Origin: Macrostomum hystrix
Lineage: Eukaryota; Animalia; Platyhelminthes
Reading direction: 5' to 3'
Assembly (NCBI GenBank): GCA_950097015.1
Contig: CATNEN010000011.1
Coordinates: 5,518,001 to 5,582,000, forward strand
DNA: 64,000 nucleotides
Shown: piece after piece, positions 36,069 through 47,600 of the stretch
How the letters are laid out: every line of letters starts with the position of its first letter
Numbering within the stretch: position 1 is the first letter of the stretch
Position numbers and translations under genes: made by a program
The notes under the pieces: generated by a model
The model's database searches: none
What the model saw: the letters and a program-made list of their open reading frames with translations, nothing else
What the model was told of the DNA's origin: nothing

Positions 36069-37025
36069 GTGTCCGTGCCCGCCCTGTGCCGCCTGTCACT
36101 CGCGCCCAGCACCCGGAAGTCGTACGCGTGTCACCTGCGATCGTGGAGTGACTTCTGTCGTCAACAGCGAGTCCCCCCGACTGCTGCATCGAAGTCAGAC
36201 GCACGCCGCTTCGTCGCGTTCCTCATCGATCGAGGCCGCACCTCCTACTCAAGCGTGCAAGCCAGCCTCAGCGCGGTGTCATTCGCCCATAGGACTTCGG
36301 ACTCTCCAGACCCTACAAAGCACAACGCCCGACTGGAGCTCGTCTGCCGTGGAGCCCGACGATTGCTGGCCAAGCCACCGCGAAGGGCAGAACCCCTACA
36401 GCCTCGCCATCTCTGCCTGCTCTGCAGCAACCCAACGCTCCAGCGCTCAATGCCCCCGCGTCTCCTGGCGGCTTTCAAAGCAGCGCTACTTGTCGCCTGG
36501 TGGGGTGTGCTCCGACTGGGTGAGCTGCTACCGTCGCCACACGGCCTGCGACGCGGCGCGCTGACTTCCTGCCCCGGCGGCCTATGCCTGTCGATTGAGA
36601 GGTCCAAAACCAACCAATTCAAGGAGCGCCAGCTGCGGGTCTTCATTCCGTGGTGCTCGGACTGTCCGACAATCTGCCCAGCCGCCGCTCTGACCGCTCA
36701 TCTGCGCGAGAACCAAATTTTCGAGCCTCAGCAACCTTTGTTTTCCATCCTGGGCGCCCGCAGGCGAGTTCCGCTGGCTGCCGCAACCTTCATCCGTCTC
36801 CTCAAGCGAGGCCTCGCGGCGTGCGGCGTCGCTCAGCAAAACTTCTCTGGCCACAGCCTGCGCAGAGGCGGAGCCAGTGCCGCCTTCCAGAGCGGCCTCT
36901 CAGTCGCTGACATTCGCTGCCTCGGCGACTGGCGTTCTGACTCGGTCTTCCGCTATTTTTCCGATGATGCGTCTCTCGCGCGCAGGCGATCTGCTGCCCT
37001 GCGGGTTGCTGCCGCCATCAAGTGA
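36069..37025 (+). CDS. Tyrosine recombinase of the YR element
   Basis: SLAPSTRKSY N-terminal domain; catalytic residues in WGVLRLGEL, RSKTNQ, GHSLRRGG and W.SD..RY. Confidence 0.9.
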   Translation: MSVPALCRLSLAPSTRKSYACHLRSWSDFCRQQRVPPTAASKSDARRFVAFLIDRGRTSYSSVQASLSAVSFAHRTSDSPDPTKHNARLELVCRGARRLLAKPPRRAEPLQPRHLCLLCSNPTLQRSMPPRLLAAFKAALLVAWWGVLRLGELLPSPHGLRRGALTSCPGGLCLSIERSKTNQFKERQLRVFIPWCSDCPTICPAAALTAHLRENQIFEPQQPLFSILGARRRVPLAAATFIRLLKRGLAACGVAQQNFSGHSLRRGGASAAFQSGLSVADIRCLGDWRSDSVFRYFSDDASLARRRSAALRVAAAIK

Positions 37026-37454
37026 CCCTCCTGCGTTGACCTTTGCCTTGCCGGCCTTTGTTCGCTCCCTTTCTCCTCCTCTTCCGCTCCTCCCCTTGTG
37101 TCGGGGTTTGGGGTCGCTTTCCCCGCCTCGACCTGCTGGCTCGCTGCCATCCGCTTTGTGCTCGCTGCCACTCTTTGTGCGTTCGCCTTGCTCTTTCTAG
37201 GGGTCTGGTGGTTAATAAATATTTTTATGGATCAAATTTTATGGTCAAATTTATTTAGCTAGAGTAGACGTTTTAAATTTGCATGGTAGCTTATTTAGTC
37301 CATGGACTAGAAGGCTGTACACAAGATCCGGGTGTGTACGAATGCGTACAACGTGGCCCAAAAACGTCCAGGTCGTGCTTGTCATTCTGCCATTCGCTAA
37401 ATATTCAATGCAATAGATAATCCGTCATAGTGATCACACACAGACAAATTGCTA

Positions 37455-38445
37455 CGAGTGAGAAGAAACGGAGTTGGAATCGAACGTGTGAGAAGAAACA
37501 GAGCAGGAATCGAACGTGTGAGAAGAGAGCAGGAATCGAACGTGTGAGAAGAGAGCTGGAATCGAACGTGTGAGAAGAGAGCTGGAATCGAACGTGTGAG
37601 AAGAAACAGAGCTGAAATCGTACGAGTGAGAAGAGAGCTGGAATCGAACGTGTGAGAAGAGAGCAGGAATCGAACGTGTGAGAAGAAACAGAGCAGGAAT
37701 CGAACGTGTGAGAAGAGAGCAGGAATCGAACGTGTGAGAAGAGAGCTGGAATCGAACGTGTGAGAAGAGAGCTGGAATCGAACGTGTGAGAAGAGAGCTG
37801 GAATCGAACGTGTGAGAAGAGAGCTGGAATCGAACGTGTGAGAAGAAACAGAGCTGAAATCGTACGAGTGAGAAGAAAGAGAGCTGGAATCGAACGAGTG
37901 AAAAGAAACGGAGCAGGAATCGAAGGAGTGAGAAGACAGAGAGCTCAAATCGAACGAGTGAGAAGAAACGGAGCTGGAATCGAACGAGTGAGAAGAAACA
38001 GAGCTGGAATCAAACGAGTGAGAAGAAGCAGAGCTGGAATCGAACGAGTGAGAAGAAACAGAGCTGGAATCAAACGAGTGAGAAGAAAGAGAGCTGGAAT
38101 CGAACGAGTGAGAAGACAGAGAGCTGAAATCGAACGAGTGAGAAGAAAGAGAGCTGGAATCGAACGAGTGAGAAGAAACGGAGCTGGAATCGAACGAGTG
38201 AGAAGAAACAGAGCTGGAATCAAACGAGTGAGAAGAAACGGAGCAGGAATCGAACGAGTGAGAAGACAGAGAGCTGAAATCGAACGAGTGAGAAGAAAGA
38301 GAGCTGGAATCAATAGACTGAGAAGAAACGGAGCTGGAATCGAACGAGTGAGAAGACAGAGCTGAAATCGTACGAGTGAGAAGAAAGAGAGCTGGAATCG
38401 AACGAGTGAGAAGAAAGAGAGCTGGAATCGAACGAGTGAGAATGA
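37455..38445. repeat. 26/30-bp minisatellite (GAATCGAACGAGTGAGAAGAAACAGAGCTG)n
   Basis: Direct tandem units; they explain ORFs 37397..38608, 37838..38365 and 37945..38313. Confidence 0.95.
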
Positions 38446-38652
38446 GAATCGAAGGATCTGGAAAAAACGATAATATAGTCAAAAAAACTACCGATTGCAG
38501 TTCGGAAAAGTTCAAGTAGTTTTTAACTGTGACGCCATTTTGAAACAAAAAAATCAGGGCAAACGATTTTGAAACGAGAAAGTAAAAAACGTAAAAATAT
38601 ATAAGCATTTTTATGACCGAACGAAATCGAATTTTTCAAAAATCCCTTTTAA

Positions 38653-39259
38653 CAGTAGAACTACCAAGGGGGGAGGGAATTCCCCCCTGACAATTTTTTT
38701 GCTGCACCCGAACGGAACAATGCGAGCACACGAAACTCAAGAACACGGGCCAACTTTTTGTTGCGCATCTTCTGAAACAAGAAACAAGTCGCCAGCTCTT
38801 CAGACCGTCGAGATATTCAATGTTTCTGGCCGAAGGTCCGATTTTTCCCATAAGAGCTAGTGTATTTAATTCACCCCTATACACGAATTTTCACTGCGCC
38901 TCAGTGCGGCCTTTCCAGACCTTCAAACTTTATCAGCATGTCACCCGAATGTGCCTGCATCATCTCCGACTTCGGTGGTCACCTACCTTTATCTAGACGG
39001 ACTGCTGGACCTTCAAGGGCTACAACAGGTGGAACTAGCCTCTATGGAAACCCTGAGGCGAATTTATCTAATTTCACTGATCAAGCCTAAATATTAGGCG
39101 CAGCTCAACCATAGGACACCATCGCCTAGTCTGTCAACCAATCAGTCACCACCCAACGCTGTTAGCATTCGGGCGCTGCCAAAAAAATTGTCAGGGGGGG
39201 GGAATTCTCCCTCCCCTTGGTATAAAAACGGGCGGCAAAATGGCTTGGTAGTCCTACTG
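38653..39259. mobile_element. Non-autonomous TTAA-target DNA transposon (piggyBac-like MITE, 607 bp)
   Basis: TTAA|CAGTAGAACTACCAAG...CTTGGTAGTCCTACTG|TTAA, plus internal inverted blocks GGGAATTCCCCCTGACAATTTTTT / AAAAAATTGTCAGGGGGGGGAATTC. Confidence 0.8.
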
Positions 39260-39481
39260 TTAAGCCAAAACACATTTATATTGTCACTAGCGAATGTTAA
39301 TCTGTGTCCTAATCTTTTAAAATTGATTTAAAATGGCAAGAATGGCAAAGGTGATTGCACTAACAAAGTATCATAAAAACGACAAATCTTGCAAAAATAC
39401 ATAGTCTGAGTATTACAAAAACGAAATGAAAGACACAAGAAACCATTTTGGGAAATGGTCGAAGATTTGCAAATTATGGTA

Positions 39482-40312
39482 TTCCTCATCTCCTAGCACC
39501 AACTCATATCCACTTCCTCATCTCCTAGCACCAACTCATATCCACTTCCTCATCTCCTAGCACCAACTCATATCCACTTCCTCATCTCCTAGCACCAACT
39601 CATATCCACTTCCTCATCTCCTAGCACCAACTCATATCCACTTCCTCATCTCCTAGCACCAACTCATACCCACTTCCTCATCTCCTAGCACCAACTCATA
39701 TCCACTTCCTCATCTCCTAGCACCAACTCATATCCACTTCCTCATCTCCTAGCACCAACTCATATCCACTTCCTCATCTCCCAACAGCACTAACGAATGT
39801 CCAGTTCCTCATCTCCTGGCACCAACTCATGTCCACTTCCTCATCTACCAAAAAAAACAACTCATGTCCACTTGCTCATCTACCAAAAACAACTTATGTG
39901 TCCACTTCTTAATCTCCTAGCACCAACTCATGTCCACTTCCTCATCTCCCAACAGCACTAACGAATGTCCAGTTCCTCATCTCCTAGCACCAACTCATGT
40001 CCACTTCCTCATCTACCAAAAAAACAACTCATGTCCACTTGCTCATCTACCAAAAACAACTTATGTGTCCACTTCCTCATCTCCTAGCACCAACTCATGT
40101 CCACTTCCTCATCTCCCAACAGCACTAACGAATGTCCAGTTCCTCATCTCCTAGCACCAACTCATGTCCACTTCCTCATCTACCAAAAAAACAATTCATG
40201 TCCACTTGCTCATCTACCAAAAACAACTCATGTGTCCACTTCTTAATCTCTTAGCACCAACTCATGTCCACTTCCTCATCTCCCAACAGCACTAACGAAT
40301 GTCCAGTTCCTC
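39482..40312. repeat. 32-bp minisatellite grading into a ~167-bp higher-order repeat
   Basis: (ATATCCACTTCCTCATCTCCTAGCACCAACTC)n; CCAACAGCACTAACGAATG at 39781, 39949, 40116 and 40283. Confidence 0.9.
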
Positions 40313-41272
40313 AGCCGCTCACTTTTTTAATTCATCGGTCATTCTATCAAGAACAGATATAGTCGTTCAAATTTTAATAAAGTGTACTCGTATGTTGAAT
40401 AAAGTTTCTTTCTTTATTGACGATGTAAAAATATTGAACAGCTAAATAATATAGAAGCAAAGAACAGGAATTCAATAACTTATATCAGCTAAGCAATTAG
40501 TCATCGAACAGCTTTAGTTCTGCATCGACCAAGAGCTAAAAATTTTATCTGATTGAATTCAGCGTTAAATATCTGAATAAGTAATTCAAAAATTTTACTA
40601 TGTACATAAAACTGTCTTGCAAAACATGATGACATGTTAAGAGCAGAAATATAATGCCTATATTGGTGTTTTTGCCACCAGACACCTCGACGAAGATAGT
40701 TGAATATCTCGACGATGCCGATGTTTTGTGATCATGGAAGTTGAGAGTTGGGAGTTGTTTTATCTGATAAATCTGAACATTTTAGCCCGTGTTCTGAATT
40801 TAAATGGCGATTGTTTGAATCTTTTGGGAGATACCGAAAAAACGTGTAGGTATTTGAAATTCACCCGTCTTGTTTCTTCTTCCTATAGAGTCGGTGAGAA
40901 AATATTTCAGTAAATAGCCAAGGACCACTAGTAGCTAGCTTGTCAATAGCTTGACTAATTCAGTAATTCTCGTAGTTAAGTAACAATTTACAAGTATAGA
41001 TTATTGGCTGAATAGTTCAAAGCCTGTTGAATCGAGTTAACCAATCTTAACAGCACTGACGTCAGAGATATTTACGCGCTCTGTAGATGTGTGTACACAG
41101 ACGGCCAACACTCGCATGAATTTGTGTACATCTTTAGGCTCGATTTAGACCCTTTGCGCTTGTTGTGCTACGATGCACTAGGTTGTGCGTCTTCATTGTT
41201 GGAAGTTGATTTTCTCTTGTGTCGTCTCGAAGTCGCTATCACTGGCAAGGTAAAATGTGCTTAAGCGAGGCT

Positions 41273-42619
41273 CTAGAAAAGCGGACTTTCTGGTATATTC
41301 GGCACTTCCGGATTGGTCCGCGGGCCATTGAACTCTTCAGAGCGAACAGGTGAAACTGTTTCTGTTTTAAGCGCGTATGGGTTAGCAACAGTTAAAGTAC
41401 AAAATAATCTTTGGTTTTCAGCCTTCTGAATCGCTTGAGCTTGTTCTTCAGTCACTGGAGCTTGCTCCTGAGTCGCTTGAGCTTGCTCCTGAGTCGCTTG
41501 AGCTTGTTCCTGAGTCGCTTGAGACTGTTCCTGAGTCGCTTGAGACGGTTCCTGACTCGCTTGAGACTGTTCCTGAGTCGCTTGAGCCTGTTCTTCAGTC
41601 ACTGGAGCTTGCTCCTGAGTCGCTTGAGCATGTTCTTCAGTCACTGGAGCTTGCTCCTGAGTCGCTTGAGACTGTTCCTGAGTCGCTTGAGCTTGTTCCT
41701 GAATCACTGGAGCTTGTTCCTGAGTCGCTTGAGACTGTTCCTGAGTCGCTTGAGCCTTTTCTTGAGTCACTAGAGCTTGTGCGTCGTCTTCATGATAAAC
41801 AGGAAGTTCATTACGAAGGCTGATGTCAATAGATTGCGGATAGTTATCAACGGAGACTGTTTCATCCGAGATCGTTGGATAATTATTATGTGGCGTGTAA
41901 TGATATGTCGCAGTAACCAGTGAATCTTCACTACTGTTCATCGAGTTCAGTGACACCGTTTCGTCGACATGCAGTACATTTATCGATAGCAGGGATGTGG
42001 AGTGCTGTTCTGTAGCTCTTAACTCAAAATTGGCATAAGAACGTTGTTGACTTCCATTTTCTCGGCGTAGAAGTTTTCGGAAATAAACAAAAGAGACAAT
42101 CGGTATGACCACAAAACCAGTTACAACCACCGCAACAACACTAATAATCACAATAATGCCATTGGTAATAGGCACAATGCTAACGTCAGTCTGGTTTACG
42201 CTTGGTTTTGTAGGTAGACTATCAGCTGTTCGATTGGCAGTTGCAGTAGCTCCAGGTATTTGTTTGACAATCCGAACTGAGGTTTTCACCAGTGGCTTAG
42301 GAGTCGTTGAGAGGCCACTATGAGAACTGGTTTTCAAGTCATCACTATCAATCATTTGTTGAGCAAACATACCTGTGCAGTACCCATTCTTCTCCCAAGT
42401 GTCGCAAAGGCTTTTCTCAGTTGGATTTAAAACTCGTCTAGTTCTACAATCTATTTTGCAAGTCTGACACAGGCAAGCCTCATTGATAAACTCATGGAAC
42501 AGGTTGCAAGTGTTAGGTCTTTCAGTAATGCTGCAAGCCAAAGCTATGTCCAATTGATACAGCACATAAAAATGGAAAACTACTAAAATTAGTTTGAAGT
42601 ACGTGTATATATCTTTCAT
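41273..42619 (-). CDS. Type I single-pass membrane protein: signal peptide, small Cys-rich ectodomain, S/T stalk, TM helix, cytoplasmic 7-aa QATQEQ repeats
   Basis: Intronless 449-codon ORF from ATG 42619 (MKDIYTYFKLILVVFHFYVLYQLDIALA|CS); TM GIIVIISVVAVVVTGFVVIPIVSFVYF followed by RK; acceptor TTGCAG just upstream of the ATG. Confidence 0.75.
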   Translation of the reverse strand: MKDIYTYFKLILVVFHFYVLYQLDIALACSITERPNTCNLFHEFINEACLCQTCKIDCRTRRVLNPTEKSLCDTWEKNGYCTGMFAQQMIDSDDLKTSSHSGLSTTPKPLVKTSVRIVKQIPGATATANRTADSLPTKPSVNQTDVSIVPITNGIIVIISVVAVVVTGFVVIPIVSFVYFRKLLRRENGSQQRSYANFELRATEQHSTSLLSINVLHVDETVSLNSMNSSEDSLVTATYHYTPHNNYPTISDETVSVDNYPQSIDISLRNELPVYHEDDAQALVTQEKAQATQEQSQATQEQAPVIQEQAQATQEQSQATQEQAPVTEEHAQATQEQAPVTEEQAQATQEQSQASQEPSQATQEQSQATQEQAQATQEQAQATQEQAPVTEEQAQAIQKAENQRLFCTLTVANPYALKTETVSPVRSEEFNGPRTNPEVPNIPESPLF

Positions 42620-44674
42620 ATTTTGTATGGTGACTTTCTGCAATTGAGAAAGAGGTGTATAACGATTGTGTATTACAATAATATGTTTCTTCTGACTACT
42701 TAATTACATAAGTACTACAATATTCAGAGAAAATTATATATGAAAAAAATATTATCCAATATCATTTTCTTAAGGAGAGAATTTTAACAGCTAACTTCTT
42801 TTATTAAGTTGAAACATAACTTAGATAGTAGTAGAAACAAAAATCTAAATTCTTAGTCCTTAAACTTTGTTATATTAAAAAAGTTTAATTTGCTCAATTT
42901 TAAAATAAATTAAATTAATTAAATGTATTTACAAAATTGATGATAATAACCAATAAAAGCTAACCAAAAAATTTGGTAACTTTTTCAAATTTTTAATTAC
43001 TTAAATTCCATGTTTTTCTTGTCCATGCCCAGTGATTATTTGTTCCTGGCACATTTTTTCAAGGAAAAACTGCATCTGGAAATAGGTTTTATAAAAATAG
43101 TTTATGAGCTTACAAAAGTTATCCATATGTAAGTGATTGCAAGCTAGAGAATAATTTTATAGTGTGTATATATTGTGAATAACAGCTGCAGATTACGATT
43201 GTTGTATATGGTCATTTAAAACTGCAGTGACAAAAGCAAAGTCTAACACACTTATTGAGAACTTAACTTATTAAATAAATGTATGTCATAATAATTTAAG
43301 CATAATGATACAGATTTCGTAGGAATTTAAGTTACATATAAAACTAAACATTTTCTTGTAGTGTCACAAAAGCGAATGTTTTTAAACAATTAAAAATACT
43401 GAAGCTATCTTGTCAAGTAAACTTAAAAGCCATATGCACTTGTTAAATGTATGTATTAAAGAAGGAATATACATGAGAATATTCTAGTAACCGGCACAAA
43501 AAAACTAATTAGGGGGTTAAAATTTTACTTAATTATTAAAAAACGGTTGTATATAGTTTAAAAAATCTAGATCATTGGTTCCATGTTCAGTAAGTAAAGG
43601 CATATATTAATTACATTGCCGCGGTAATTCCAAGGGATTCCGAATGCAGTGCCACGGAATTTCCCTGTTTAATTTTTAAAGTGTGAAACAAGGTTAGTTC
43701 TAAAGTTATTGTACAAAAAATTAATATTCACACTTGCCTCACCTTCATAAGAGTATTACCTATGGCGCAAAGTCAGTGAAAACTTGTTAATCTCATTGCC
43801 CTGAAGCATTTTCAAACGAATTTAGTTCTTCGAAGCTTGAAATTCTAGATGTAAAAACTAACCATGAACGATCCACGATTAACACCTATCTAAGAATCTA
43901 AGATATTACGACTTTTTATTTATAGACACTTTTTTATTCTTATTTCTGCTCTATTATATGATATGCTGGAAGAAACCTTATGTATAATAAGATCTAGGCT
44001 CCTCTAATTTAAAGAAGTCAAACATATTTGATGTGTAGATACAAAATTAAGGGTCAATAGCATGACTGAACCGTTACAAGACAACGTTACTTCGCTAATG
44101 TTATCGATGTAATTTTTAGTATTTATAGTAAAAAATTAAAACCAAGGAATGTAACTTTTTTATGTTTTTTTCTATGTAGTAATGAAGGAAAGAAGAAATT
44201 TAAATGCAAGGAATACAACATTGTTGAAATTATCAGAAATATAATTTCTAAGTATTACAAACTAACTTATAATGTTTCCTACCTAAATGTATAGAACAAA
44301 AATAAAACAGAAAACTAATATTTAAATACAAATTCTGTGTTTATTTTGACTTTAGAAAGAAAATATCTAAAAACATTATTTCATATGTTTTATGGTTTTT
44401 ATCATAAAAATGTAATCTGTAAAACAAGAAATATGTTATTACTGTATTATAAAGCAATATTAGCGAAAACTTATGTAAATTGCCTTGATATTATGCTCGA
44501 AATATTGCATTAGGCTCAATATTTTTTCTAATCTGAAATGATTTGTTCTTGTTTGTGAAAAAACTGCTGTTTTAGAATTCTACTTAATCAGATTTTTTTA
44601 ATTATTGTGACATAGCTTCTTAAAAATGCAACTAATTAAATAAATGTTAACTTATTTTTTTCACTTTTCAGTTT

Positions 44675-47600
44675 ATGCATTGTTGCTTGATTTGGGCACA
44701 TTCAACAATGCAACTGCGACTATGTAATCTCGTTTGTCTTTTGTTTTTTTGGCCAGGCTTAGCTAAATTGTCGACTGGTTTGATAGTGGAAAACCCATGC
44801 CCGCCCATGGAACCTTGTCAGACTTTAATTTGTCCTGGCAAATATTTTGTTCCACCATGCGTCGAACTAAAACTGTACTTTGACATTGCCACTACTCGAG
44901 ACTCAACATTCGACATTGCAACAGCTGCAGCCTGCAAAGATGTTTCACCAACTTATGGCACAGATACACCCGCTTGTCCACTAAGCGCAGAAAAATTAAC
45001 TTCTGCACTATCAAGCAAGTGAGTGTTTGTTTATTCAAAACTGCCCTTTGACCTTCATTTAAAATCAAATATTCTCAAAAGTCAATATTTTTTCTCTACA
45101 TTAAAATTTTGCATGTAGAACCAGCTGCTTTGACCGCTCAAATTTTCTCTGCAACATCAGCAATCCTGAGTCACTCAGGGGCGGCAGCATTGCTGATGTC
45201 TGCTTTTTAACTGGCAGACTGCTTCAGCTGTTCTACTATTGCGGTGAGTAGCTTTGTCTACCCGAGCACACCGGCCCCCTTTGACTGCTCTGCTAACCAA
45301 CCTACCACCTGACTGTTCTGCTAGCCTACCATCTGTCTACTCTACTAACCTACCATCTGACTGCTCTGCTAACCTACCATCTGACTGCTCTACTAACCTA
45401 CCATCTGACTGCTCTACTAACCTACCATCTGACTGCTCTACTAACCTACCATCTGACTGCTCTGCTAATCTAACATTCTGTCTTATTCAACTTCCCTGTC
45501 TACTTAATGGACAGAACCTAGCGTAACCTACCCTCTGTCTACTCTAGTAGACTACCATCTGTCTACTCTACAAACCTACCATCTGGCAACCCTAATAACC
45601 TACCATCTGACTCATCGACTAAAACTACCCTTCTGTCTACTCTACTAATCTACTTTCTCTACTTTACTCTATTATCCTTGCTGGTGACTGCTATTCCACC
45701 AGCAGTTATTTGTCTACTCTACCTTTTTAAGCGAAAATAAATATATTTTAATAGTCAGATTTATTTTCATTTTTCAAGCAACGCCAACGTCAACAACAAC
45801 GAAAACTACGTTGACTTCAACGGCCAGCAGCACCACAGCTTCCACTGTCACTTTGACAACCATGCCATCAACCAAGCCATCAACAATGCCATCAACCACG
45901 CCATCAACGACGCCATCAACCACGCCATCAACAACGCCATCAACCACGCCGTCAACCAGCAGCTCCACCAGAACGGTCATCTCTAGTAGTACAAGCTTGA
46001 AATCGACTACATCTACAACTACTGCAAAGGCGTCGACATCAACTAGACCTATCCCTGACACAGGTACTGTTAATTCTAACCATACAGATATCAGGTTAGT
46101 ATAGATTTTTGCCAGTGGCACGGCCGCAGAGAGAGACAGAGGGTTGGTTAGCAGAGTAGACTGAGGGTAGGTTAGATAAGTAGACTGAGGGTAGGTTAGA
46201 TAAGTAGACTTAGGGTAGGTTAGCAGAGTAGACTGAGGGTAGGTTAGCAGAGTAGACTGAGGGTAGGTGAGCAGAGTAGACTGAGGGTAGGTGAGCAGAG
46301 TAGACTGAGGGTAGGTTAGCAGAGTAGACTGAGGGTAGTTTAGTAGAGTAGACAGATGGTAGGTTAGTGGAGTAGACAGATGGTAGGTTCGTAGAGCAGA
46401 CAGATGGTAGGTTAGTAGAGTAGACTGAGGGTAGGTTAGTAGAGCAGACAGATGGTAGGTTAATAGAGCAGACAGATGGTAGGTTAGTGGAGTAGACAGA
46501 TGGTAGGTTAGTAGAGTAGACTGAGGGTAGGTTAGTAGAGCAGACAGATGGTAGGTTCGTAGAGCAGACAGATGGTAGGTTAGTAGAGCAGACAGATGGT
46601 AGGTTAGTAGAGCAGACAGATGGTAGGTTAGTAGAACAGACAGATGGTAGGTTAGTAGAGCAGACAGATGGTAGGTGAGCAGAGTAGACTGAGGGTAGGT
46701 TAGCAGAGTAGACAGAGGGTAAGTTAGAAGAGTAGACTGAGGGTAGGTTAGCAGAGTAGACTGAGGGTAGGTTAGCAGAGTAGACTGAGGGTAGTTTAGT
46801 AGAGTAGACAGATGGTAGGTTAGTGGAGTAGACAGATGGTAGGTTCGTAGAGCAGACAGATGGTAGGTTAGTAGAGTAGACTGAGGGTAGGTTAGTAGAG
46901 CAGACAGATGGTAGGTTAATAGAGCAGACAGATGGTAGGTTAGTGGAGTAGACAGATGGTAGGTTAGTAGAGTAGACTGAGGGTAGGTTAGTAGAGCAGA
47001 CAGATGGTAGGTTCGTTGAGCAGACAGATGGTAGGTTAGTAGAGCAGACAGATGGTAGGTTAGTAGAGCAGACAGATGGTAGGTTAGTAGAGCAGACAGA
47101 TGGTAGGTTAGTAGAGCAGACAGATGGTAGGTTAGTAGAGTAGACAGAGGCTTTATTAGCAGAGTAGACGGAGGGTAGGTTAGTAGAGTAGACAGATGGT
47201 AGGTTAGTAGAGCAGACAGATGGTAGGTTAGTAGAGCAGACAGATGGTAGGTTAATAGAGCAGACAGATGGTAGGTTAGTAGAGCAGACAGATGGTAGGT
47301 TAGTAGAGCAGACAGATGGTAGGTTAGTAGAGCAGACAGATGGTAGGTTTGTAGAGCAGACAGATGGTAGGTTAGTAGAGCAGACAGATGGTAGGTTAGT
47401 AGAGCAGACAGATGGTAGGTTAGTAGAGTAGACAGAGGCTTTATTAGCAGAGTAGACGGAGGGTAGGTTAGTAGAGTAGACAGATGGTAGGTTAGTAGAG
47501 CAGACAGATGGTAGGTTAGTAGAGCAGACAGATGGTAGGTTAATAGAGTAGACAGATGGTAGGTTAGTAGAGTAGACAGATGGTAGGTTAGTAGAGTAGA

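Larger units (their letters stand above)
33965..37225 (+). mobile_element. Tyrosine-recombinase retrotransposon (DIRS order, Ngaro/PAT-like)
   Basis: gag C-terminus, RT, RNase H and YR in the characteristic order; GC-rich; AATAAA near 37213. Terminal repeats not found, so ends are approximate. Confidence 0.9.

Noticed and set aside
37397-38608. 403-aa Ser-rich ORF with a hydrophobic N-terminus
   Set aside because: Mostly the 26/30-bp array; the N-terminus is AT-rich non-coding-like sequence.
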